Below are positions 1 through 12,000 of a stretch of DNA of 42,980 nucleotides, piece by piece. This DNA comes from Vitrella brassicaformis CCMP3155 (taxonomy: Eukaryota > Protista > Chromerida). The notes under the pieces were generated by a model. The model saw only the letters and a list, made by a program, of their open reading frames with translations. It searched no databases and was not told where the DNA came from. Within the stretch, counting starts at the first letter, position 1; every line of letters starts with the position of its first letter. Position numbers and translations under genes: made by a program. The stretch covers positions 1 through 42,980 of the forward strand of contig CDMY01000611.1 of the NCBI GenBank assembly GCA_001179505.1, read 5' to 3'.

Positions 1-3000
1 CCAGTGTGTGTGTGTGCGCGGTGCACGCACATACAGGGGCACCTTTTTGCACGTAAATAGACTGAGAGCAATCCTTGCCAGAGCAATGTACGCAGCAGAT
101 ATTATCACACCTGCCAACGCGAGACACATACATTCGCGCACGTGTCGCTCGCGTGCAATTGTGCGTATACCAATGGTGCTAAACAGCTTGTCCATGTTAA
201 GGGGTGTGCCATCTGCACACACATCGACACACACAGACAACCCCCTTCCCCCCACCCACCCCCCACCACAGCCACATAGATACCTTTGAGCATACGCAGC
301 ACGCGCACACGGGGAGCATTAACCTGCACACAATACGCACGCACACCCACCAAAGATATCTTGTGTTGTCTTCTCGCACATGCGTACATTTCTCAGCAGT
401 AGGTGCACAGCGTATGACAGCACCCAGTAGACGAAGAATATCGCCAGCAGTATGAAGGGGCTCGCCAGCTCAAATACGTACCTGCCCACACACACACACA
501 TTTCTGCAGATGGACGATGTGTGTATACGGACCGTCTCTCGAATGTGTTGACGCCGATGCACGAGATGCGTATAAAGGAAAAGTCCAGGAGAAAGACGTT
601 CAGGTACCGGAAATATGCCGAGAAAGACAGCGGCCTGCACGTGTGTACACATCCCCTCTCTCTCTCTCTCTCTGTGCTTGGGTATGGGTGTCTCTCCATC
701 GTACCATTGCACGGCATAGGAGTTGTAAGCGACGCCCAGCTGCTGTATGAAGTTGAGCGTGAGCCCCAGAGACAGAGACACGATCGAAGTCACAGTCGTA
801 CGCCTGCACACACGTACGCGTGTCTCTCTGCGTGTGCGTGTCTGTGTGTGGCTTGGTACGCGGTGAATTGCGAGTTGATGGCGACGTAGAAGGCGCCGCA
901 CAAGAGGGTGACCGCAAAGAGGAACAGCAGGGGCGTCGTATACCCTGCACCCACACACCCACACGTCTGCGTGCCGCGTGTGTATGCATTCGTACAAACC
1001 ATTGGTCGTGTTGCACTCTGTGCACGGCCCTGCACACACACAAATGGCACTCATGAATGTCCATCTTGCACACATACCGGTGTTTTGGGCGTCGACGGAT
1101 CCCCGTTTGCACACCCCGCATGCACGGCCCTCTCGATTGGCCGCACACGTGTCAGCCAGGCCACCTACACACACACATAGACAAAAAGAGGGAGAAAGAG
1201 GTGGCTGCAGGTACATGACTTAATAGACGGGTGTGAGGCACCCACCTGGGCAAGCACCGATTGGCTCGCATTGGTATATCTCGTAGCCATTAAAAGCCGC
1301 CTGTGTGTGTCAGTCAATTCATGGATTGATGGATGGTATGTATGTATATGATCTGTGCGGGCAGACTGGTGCGTACCACGTCTCTTTCTGAAATGGGTGA
1401 CGCCCAGTAGCCCGACAAGACGAGAGGCAGCTGCACGGGCGCCGGTACACACACACAAGTGGGTGGCCGTATGTGCACGGTGCATACCTCTTTTCCCCCA
1501 GTGCAGTTGTGTCCATCCCCCTCTCGGCACGTCACACACTGCTCAGTCTCCCTGCACACACACAACACCCAACAAACCCCTGGGTGCTTGCGTTTTCAAC
1601 AGGATGTCTTACCGACCGGTTGAAGTACTGCCCCTCGTCACATGTACACTCCGCCACATCAATCGCGCCATCGCGTGTGGTGGTGAGTGTGGGGGGGCAG
1701 TCAGTGCATTGAGGTGACCGGCCGACTGACGGCTGGTAAGAGCCCTGTTCGCACCGCGTGCAGAGGCCGGTGACCTCGTTGAATGAGTAACCTTTCTGCA
1801 TACATACAATACGCAGAGAGAGGGAGAGAGAGGTAGGCGTGTGCAATGCGCGAGAGAGGGGGGGAGGGAGGAGGGTTACCATGCACAGGCATTGGTCGAT
1901 GCTGGTGGCGTTCTCGGCTGTGGCGCGGCCTTCCCCCGGACACTGATCGCAACCCTGTCAGCGGATGCATGCACTTATACATGCACGCATACGCGTTTGT
2001 GTGTGTCCGTGTGTGTGTGTGTGTGTGTATACGCGATTGGCGGCTTCTTGTTTGTAGGACCCGCTAGGGCACGACACACAACGAGACAGATCGGGTGAGG
2101 GCGATCGACCGGGTGAGCAGACACACTGGACGCCGCCTCGACCTCCTTCTAATAACTTCTGTACAAATCTACTCACACACAGAAAGACATGCTCTTCGAA
2201 GGCAACATGCTCACAATGTGTGTGTAGATATGTACCCCTTTTCTTGGTCACATATGCAGTCTGTGGCGTCAGTGGATGCTTCGCTAAGCGTGATGGTTGA
2301 CCCGTCACTCGTGCATGGCGTGCAGGTCGTGTTGCCTGGAGGGCCACACAGAGACATGCACGTGCTGATGGTCGTATGTGTTGGTCAATGTGCTTTTGGT
2401 AGTGATGGTGGTGGTGGTGGTGGGTGCTGTGCACACCAGCTTGTGTCTTGTAGAAGCCGACTGGACACGGTGCACATCTATCTTGATTCCCAGAAATGGC
2501 ATACCCTTTCGCACAGACCTGCATACACACAGACGCATTTTGTATGATACATGCGCATCTCTATGTGTGTGGAATTAACTCCGTCTGTCTGTGCATCCCT
2601 CACACATTCATCTCGCTCCCGCGCCCCGGCGTTCTCGATCGTCATGTTGGTGGGACAGCGCAGACGGTCGTTGCCTTCAGGGCAGTAGAAGCCGGGCGTG
2701 CACCTGTGCATGCACATGGAAAAGAACGCCGCTTCTTTGCGGGAATGTGTGCTTGTGTGCTCAGACGTGCCTTATGCATGTGTCGTTGTTGCCGTCTTGA
2801 TCGAGGAAGTATCCGCTCACACACACGCACATTGCCTCGCTCGACGCGCCAGGTGTGTGCGTCGTTCTGAAAAAACACACGGTGAGGGGGACAGAGGATG
2901 AACGCCCTGAGTGGGTGGATGGCTACCTGAATGCGCCACATGAGCCACAGGCGCTGTCGCTCACAGAGGACTTGTACAGACTCTGCAGGCGCGTACATTT

Positions 3001-6000
3001 GTGTGTTGAGGTGCATGTCTGGGTGTGCGACGTACCTTCGGGCACATTTCGCATCGGTCGTCCGTCAGCAGCTGATACCCAGCGTCACACTTGCACTGCA
3101 TCCATGTCGAGATACACACGCACCCGTAAATGGATGGATGGATGGACGCATGTATATATGTACACACATGCCGACCTCTCTCTGCGACTGTGCGCCCTCT
3201 GTTTCTGTTGAGCGGTTTGCCGCACACGGCGTGCAATTGTACAGACCTGCACGCGTATGGATGGATGTGTTCGATTACTGTGTTTGCGTGGCGGTGTGGG
3301 TACCGTCCAGGTCGCTGCTCGTCTGCAGTCGGTATCCGCCGCGAGAGCAGGGCTCACACGAAGTGCCATTGGCAGAGGCACGCATCCCTACACACACCAC
3401 CGAACGCACAAATGCACTTGTGGATGTACGCCTTTGTGTGGTGCAGGGATACATACCAGCAGGGCATCCGACGAAGAGAGACACGCTCGTGTTGGTGGAG
3501 CCCTCTATATTGTAAGCGGACACAGTGTACCTGCACACACACACACACACACGGGAGGCCATCCGTGTCTCCCTGGTTGCATGCACATACGTACGTCTCC
3601 AGGGGGGCCGCTTTGCCTGGGGTGCCCTCGATGATGCCGCGATCGCTGATGCGCAGACCTATTTGTGTGCACACAGACTTGTGGAGAGATTGGAAACATG
3701 TGGATGTGTGTACCGTGTGGCAGCATTGAGTTTACAGCCCATCCCTCGAGGACGCTCTCGGTGCTGGCCAGGGTGGGCATGGCCATGAAGGGCGCGTTCA
3801 GGGGGATGTACTGCGACGGCTGCGGTATGCAAACAATGCACCGTTCGCCTCTGTGTGTGTGTATGGGTTGTTACTGTGTGCGTGTGGGTGGGTGTGTACT
3901 TGAATGGATGGGTAGAATAGGTTTGCAGGGGCGCCAACGACGCTGAAGACACGACCCACCTGCCAATACACACACAGAGGGGGACATCCACAGACATAAA
4001 AACGGCACATATCCATGCATGAAGGCCTGCGTGGATGGCTGCACACCTCTGATTGATGCGGCTTGCCAGAAGAGGGATTGACAGACCTGCAGCCAACCAA
4101 TCAACCCACCCATCCACATGACCAGCCGGGTGGATCATATGAATAGGCACACCAGCACACGTGGAACTCCCCCTGCTGCGCTATCTTGACACCCTCAAAC
4201 GCCAGAAATGTGCCGCCACCTAAAGACACACAAAGACACACACAAACACACACAATTACGCATACGCGAATACATATGTGTAAGGCCTTGTGTGCACACA
4301 CCGACCGATAGCTCGTGTGGGCGCCTGCACGATGGCCGGGTCGTTGTGTGTGGGCATGGCCGAGCAGGGGGTGGATGCGTTGACGATCACCACACCAGAG
4401 GACGGCTGCAAACCCCACCCCCCGATTGTCAGAGTGAACTCCTGCACACACACACACACACACACATACAGAGTGAGAGAGAGAGACATGTGTGTATATT
4501 TATATGGCCTTGCCTGTCCGATTCTAGCACTGAATCGGTGCGTGTCCTCTGGCCCGCTCACAATGAGACTCCCAACCTGCACACACGATTTTGCGCAAAC
4601 GTGTCACGTATACAAATAAATACACACATACATACCGTCTGTGTGAATTGTTCTGGCTGATCGCAGCTAAGGTAGCCGGCACACATGCAGATGCGATGCA
4701 CGCCTGCACGTGTGGCCACACCCAGGTCGAACGCCACTCGTGTGCGGGAAGGCGTGAGTGATGATGGGTCGGCTCTTGCTGGGTTGGTGGCGATGTCAGA
4801 CACAGAAGAGGCTGCCGGATCCCCACAACCTGCTCCCATGAATGTGCAGACACAAATGGAGGCATATTCGCGTACACACACATACAGATGCGCACGCACC
4901 TGCAAGTGTGTCGATGATGCGGATCGCGTCATTGGCAGTGAGCTCCACCCCGGTCGCACTGAGAGTGCAGTTGTAGGCGCGGACACACTCCTGCGCCGCC
5001 ATCTCTACCCACAGATACACAGACACACATATCTAGATGAACAGATCGAAGATCCGTCACATGCAAACCATCGACGCCCACAACGCGCAGAGAGCCTGTC
5101 GGCATGCTGCTCTGGCCTGCAAACAGGTATGGATCCACACAACCTTTTCTTTGCTCGTGTGCATTAGTTACATTGGTCTTGGTCATCGACTCTGCTGACG
5201 CACGCGCATAGCTGAAAGACACCTCGGGTGCTGGGCGACCCTGCACACACACAGACACACACACACACACACACACAGACATACACACACACGTCTACAT
5301 GTATGTATGTGCGCCTGTGGCAGAGATATGCGTATCCACCGGCACCGACCGAGATCGTAAGTAACACGCGTTTTGCCGCCCTGATTGACGTAGCCGAGCG
5401 GCAGATGTGACGACACAGAGGCCCCCTGCCCGCACACGGAGCCTACGAGACGGAGGAAGCTGTATGTGTGTGTATGCGCGTGTCTCTCCTACTTTCTTTT
5501 TGTCTCTCATACTGGCCGGAAGGGATGACTTGCAGTGCGTCAGGTGGTCGATCGCTCTGCTGTGTCATCTGCAGATACTCGTCGTAGCCATACCGCCAGA
5601 ACGACACACTGCAGGGCACATTCCTGCACAACAAATTAGACACACACACACACACACACACACACAGTGGGTTTGTATGTGTGTTTGCGTGTATGTGGCA
5701 GACGTGTACCGAGTGCAGTTGAATGGTGCCGTCTGCTGTTGTCCTTCTTGGTCTGTGAGGGCGTATGCGTGGCAAACCACTCGCAGAAACACCTCTTGGC
5801 TGCCGTCCACCGACACATACGCGAGAGACGGCGGCACGGCAGTGGGGAAGGCCGCTGACGCGATGAAGACACTCGTGCCGTCATCAATCTGCCATCTCCA
5901 TGTCGTCTCGTTCAGCACAACCCGCATGGCGCCATCCTGAAAACAGAAACAGGAGAGAGACACAGCAATGAAGATTTGTATGGATGCACTTACCTGTGTC

Positions 6001-9000
6001 GCAAAAAGCCCATTACTCTGACGGTAGTACAACGCCTCTAGCCGAGCGAAGTCACCATCAGTGGGTGTGGACGTCCCGAACTGCTCCTCATTCAACACAT
6101 GCACCGACACCACAGGACACCCCCCCAGCACCAGCAGCCTGCCCCCGCCGATCGTGTACTCAGCAGAGAGGGAACAGCCTGTCCGGGACGCGCAGTAGCA
6201 CAAACGCACCTCTCCCTCTGACACGCCAATGGCACCGAAATCGAGGCCGACGGCATCTGCTGTGAGGGAGGTGCCTCGAGCGGTTGCCAGGGGGACAGAT
6301 AGAGGGGAGCCGCACTCAGCTTCTCCATCTGTGAGCATCGCTCTGTGTCCTTCATCGAGACCGATCCCGGTCAGCACCACAGAGCACTCACGTTCCTGCC
6401 CAGATAGGCATATCGCATCCACATAGAGCCGCACACCTCTTATCTGCAACTCTCCCACAATGCGTGGAGGGTCGAACAGACAACTCTCCCCGTTGTCAAA
6501 GCAGAAACACACATCGAAGATGCCAGGCTGTGAAGGCACCCCGAGGTCAAAGGCGAGGGAGTCGATCAGCGTGTTTTGTGGGTCAGGCACGGCGGAAGAC
6601 GACACGTGAACCGCCTTGGCAAAGAGAGAGGGGAAGGGCGAGCACTCTGGCTGCTCAGATGAGGGCAGGGACACGGCCACGGCGTCTAGGCTGCCTGAAA
6701 GGAATGTCCCTGAGACGTCGAATCGGCAGGTCTGCCCGACGGAACACCTAAACTGGTGGTTCTCCTCTGCCAGTTTAACCACATAAAACGTCCCAAGCTC
6801 CTTTCTGTAAGCCGTGAAGGTGTCGCAGTCACCACCAGGAGCATCAGGTCCGCCTGCATAGCAGTAGCAGAGTGTGTATTCCCTGGGTGTGGCGAAGGCC
6901 TTTACATCCAGCACAACCTCGACTTGCGAGAAAGAGACGGCAGATGGAGACACGGGGTTGGCAACCAGCCCGCCGAAATAATCGAACCCGTATGTCTCAT
7001 CAATACACGACTCCGCCACACGCAGATTGGTGGCCTTGATGCGGTCAGCTGAGGTGAGGTCATACCCAGACACGCGGACAAGGCAGGTTTCTCCCTGCAC
7101 ACATACAGGGGGGCGGGAGAAGGCCTCTGCACCGTAGAGAGTGAGGAAAGCGATAGGACCGGCGGACGTGGGTGTGCATATGGGTCGTCTGCCGGATTTG
7201 TCGCGCCATGAAGTGTCTTCTGGGGAGAGCACCAGAAATGGAGCCATACCTGCAGACACACACATGAGACATGGCCGACCAAGCTTCCATGTCTTCAGGT
7301 TGTGTTTGTGCGGCTACCTGTGGTCTCGATGGTGACGTCAGCAGACCACCCCTGCTCACAAGGGAAGGTCCCTCCGCCCTCCAGCCCGCCATACCCACCA
7401 TATTGCCCTTCCCCTGTTTCCCCTCCACTCGTGAAGGAAAACTCTACTGCAAACGAGACACGTCTCTCCCCTGCCTGCCTGTCCGTGAACAGCACTTCCT
7501 GCTGTGCATCGAAAAACCGCACGGTTGTAAAACCATCATTGACGTGCACAGACGCGTGCGCATGGAAGACAGTGCGTGTGCCGAAAGATGGGGCCACGTG
7601 CAGAGGGCCGACCGAGTCGACCAGTGCGTTGAAAACCGTGCCATTCCCCCACTGCACGAAAATGGTGGCGTTGTGGCGCAGGACACCCTCACTCTCACCG
7701 CCCACACACATGACGACAGCATGGAAGCGGGCGAAGGCGATCAAAGAGGGGTGGGCAAAGGGAAAAGGCAAAGGGTAGACAAGCCCACCCCCATCAGTGC
7801 ACGTGTCTGCACCCGTCTCTCCCAGAACGATCCTCTCTTCCCAGCCCATTTTCATCTCAATCGGCCCAACATGACACACAGAGGTGTCGGTGTTGGTGCA
7901 CGCAAACTCGTCTCGCCACGGAAAGGCCGTAGGCAGCTCTGACCGATTGGATGGGCGGAAGACCACCAAGGGGTCCCTCCACCTCTCTCCCAACTCTGTC
8001 GCATAGCAGACGACGCCAATCTCCTCATTTGTGCTGCTCTTGCCACCATCGAACGGGATAAAAATATCCGCACCCTCGGCATCAGAGAGGGTGAGAGACA
8101 CGCCTTGTTGCGTGATGGTGGATGGGGAGATTGATGGAAGGGCGGATAGCGGAAGTGAGAGGCAGGAGACGGCCATGGGTGGTCGGTCCGTGCGGATGCG
8201 GGCGGACGGGGGGAGGGCGAGAGAGGGGAGCTCGATGGTCAACACGGGGGGAAAGCCGTCTGCAGGAAGGGAAAGAGAGAGGCACAGAGCCCCCAGCATG
8301 GTGTCTGTGTGTGGTGCGTGTGTTGGTACCTTCATTTCGACAGGCGATGCTCACGTATTCCGTCCACTGCTGTGCGTCATTCCTCCAACCTACACTCGCA
8401 TGCGGGCCATTCTCATCACCGATCTGCTCCACCAGACACGATCCCCCACCCCCACTGTCCTTGTCTCGGACACACCACTTGCCCTCTCCTTCGCCGAAGA
8501 CCATCTCGTACTGGCCTTTGGTGTACACACGGGTGTCTGTTGTGAGTGTGTACGTGCCGTCCAGCTGTGGGTTTGAGAAGCCGTAGGTCCACAGATAGGG
8601 ACAGAGCAGCGGGGAGGGACATTGCGTGCTGGAGGTGGGTGAGGGAGCTGGGCAGGCGGAAGAGCTGCAGGTACGTTTGTGCAGAGACAAAGAAACACAC
8701 GTGTGTCTCTGGATGGTTTTGTGTGTGTGTCGGCTTACTTGGTCCAGAAGTTGGTGCACGCATGACACGAATCGACGAAAGACCTGAGAGAGACACACAC
8801 TTACACTTGTGCATCGGTATTGGCCGCCCACCTTTCGTCGCAGCAGTCGTTGCCATCGAATGAAAACGACTTGAACAGGCACACGTCGTCACACACGCCG
8901 TCGCCAATCATATACGGATGGCACAGCACTGCACAGACACACAGATGGATGCCCATGGACGTGCGCACGTCCACGCATGCACGGACACAAACATACCAGG

Positions 9001-12000
9001 TCTGTTCAATCTGCAGAGCCCACAGCTCTCCTGGCAGTTGGTCAAAGCCTCTCTTGCATGGGGACATTCGTAGCACCTAGAGGGATCGGCTGCAAACCTG
9101 CATGATGTGTGCTTGGATGGACGCATAGACGCTTCCATTCATTCTGCGTTTCTGGGTACCATTCGCACGTGTGGCCAGTCGTAGCATCGACCCAGTCGTG
9201 GACATCCCCACACTCGGGCACTGATCACACCCATACACAAGGTGCATACAACGACAGGAATATGCGTTTTCTTCCTCTCTACCGAATAGGAACTCCTCGG
9301 AGTTTGACGCACGGCTGGGCAGGCCGTTTGCATCGACAACTCCCGTGCCCTCTCGTATGTGTATCGACACTCTTGTGTATGCCAGTGCCTGTCATGCCCA
9401 CACACAAACAGACACAGACGGAAGATGCACACCTCCCTGTGTATGTACGTTACGTGGATCTCGATGGCATATCGCCTCCGTGAGTTGGCGAATGGCTCGA
9501 TGGAGACGATACTGCCATTCTCCAAAGCCACAGACGATTCAGTGAAATTCTGCGCACCCACAAACAGCACTGTTGCGTGTGGGCAGCTGGCAGCTGGTTC
9601 ACTTGCTTTGTCACGCACATAAACGGCCTCGTTGTAAGTGACGTTGATGCGTATTGGGTACTCGTCGGTGATGGACTGACCAAGGGGAGCGATCGAGGGT
9701 ACTGGAGGAGTGGTGTCTGCATGGATACAAGAATAGACACATGTGTGTACGCCTCTGCGTGTGTGTGGCGCACCCACCATTCCACCAAGAGACACGTGCT
9801 GATGGGGCTGAGACAGACAGACAGACAGACAAAGATGCGTGTGTGGCGGACGTACGTGGATGGATGGATGGATGAATGGATGCACACATATCATACCTTT
9901 GATCCACAGCTTGACTTCGTTGACGTACGCCACTTCACCCGTGGCCTTCAACAACGGGCCGGGGATCGCTGCACACACCCACAGATGGATGGATGGATGG
10001 ATGTGTCTGCGTGGACAGATATATGTACCTGTCAGCTCAGAATGTCCAACCACGTATGCCCTCTCGTCTGCAGAGCCCAACATCACAAGGGATCGGTTGT
10101 CGCCCATCTGCATGGATGACAGATGCGTGCATCACTTGTTTACGGGAGAATATGTGTGTGTGTGTGTGTGTGCGTGTGCGTGTGTATATACCTGCAGGCC
10201 ACCAAAAACATATTCCGTGCTGCTGTCATGCTGGACACTTTGCGCGTCTTGTGCAAAGGGGGGTGAGGACTGCCGCCACGTGAGGGAATCGAACTCCTGA
10301 TTACACATGACGTGTGAGTGTATGTGTCTCCGTGTATGTGTGTGTGTGCGTACTGTATTAGGCCATTCCATCAGGAATGTGTAGACGCCCGTCTGCTCGT
10401 CCCGCAAATGCTCCCAATCCACAGTGTCCATCTGCGAGAATACCCGAGGGCAGCACGTGTCGATGTCTATCTGCGCACACCCAGCCACCCGCACAGAAAC
10501 AAGACACGTGGTTACGCTCACAGATGCATGTGCGTCTTTGCGTGCGCAAGTACGTATTCAGTTGGCCACAGTGAGGGCGCGATCTGATGCGCCAGCAGAA
10601 GCCACTCAGCTGCACAAACAGATAGACATGTATATGTGTGGGTATGTGTGGGTGCATTGTACGATGGGGCACGGCCGAATCAGCACAGCAGGAGATGCCA
10701 TAAGCCTGAATGGGTGGCAAACACATTACAGACATCCATGGCGTGCACTTATGCACAGATGGGAACCCACCGTGCTGCTGGTGTCGATTGGCGCGTATTC
10801 TCTCTCCGCGAAGGTGTGTATGTGAGTGTGGTTGCAGTGGGTGAGCGTCCACTGCTCTGCCTGCATGCTGCACTCACACCGGTGGGCATTCCATATGTGT
10901 ATGTGTAGGTATCCAAGCGTGCCTCGTGTTGACAAAGCAAGTGCTCATGAATCCGCCGTTGGTCGTCATGCTGACACGCGCGCACACACGTACGTGTGCA
11001 CCACAGCCCACAGCTCCATGTATATCTGTATGTTGGGGGTACTTGAACTGCAGCTCGTCGAACGAGCACAGCCTCGCCCCCCTCTGCTGGCAGAGAGACA
11101 CACCCTCCTCGTAAGTATCTGCACACACAAAGGAGTGTGTGTCTCTGTTTCTCTCTCCGCCCAATGTCGGTCGGTGCACACGTACATGTGGTGTCTGTCC
11201 GATTGGCATCGTCCGCCCGCTGCTCTAGTTCTGCACACGAGCGAAGAGACGCTGACACGAATGAGACACATACACGAAAGATGGAGGTCACAAAGGGGTG
11301 TGTGTGTGTATGTGTGTATACTGACTAATGTGGGGTGTGCCGTCAGCGCAGCACATGTGGTGGGCCGTGTCGCTCTCTGCCGATGAGCACTCCATCTGCA
11401 CACCTGACCGATGATTGATCGATGGACACACACAGACACACACACGGACAATACACTTCTGCGTCTTCCGTACCGGTCCACTGTACGCGCAGATGGCCGC
11501 CATTTGTGCACTGCTCGTCCGTCCACACAAATGCGTCGGTTGGCAAACTGTATGCGCAAAGGCGTGCGTGTGGGTCTCTGTATGCGTGTAGATGGATTGA
11601 GGGGCTTGCCTGCACGCGACGGCCGTCTGAATCGCCGAGCCACGAATGACATCTGTTTTCGTAAGTACATGAACGAATGTGTGTGCATGTAGGTCGTGTG
11701 GGAACCTTCGTGAGTGCACAGTCGTGCGCCCATCTCTGTGCACATCTGCAGGGAGGCTGCGTGGGTCAGCGGCCTGCATACACCCTCACACAGGAGACGT
11801 CCATCCATCCAACCCTACCTGGTTCCCTGTGTGTGCCCTTGGTACGCACGTGTCGCATTGGTCGGTGTGTGAGCACACGTGAGCGTTGTAAAGAGAGAAA
11901 GGCCATCTCAGCTGCGCACACGAGTTGGCCGATCCTGCACACATATGATGCATCCATCCGTGTGTGTGAGACGTGTGTGTCTCATTACTTTGGATGCGAT

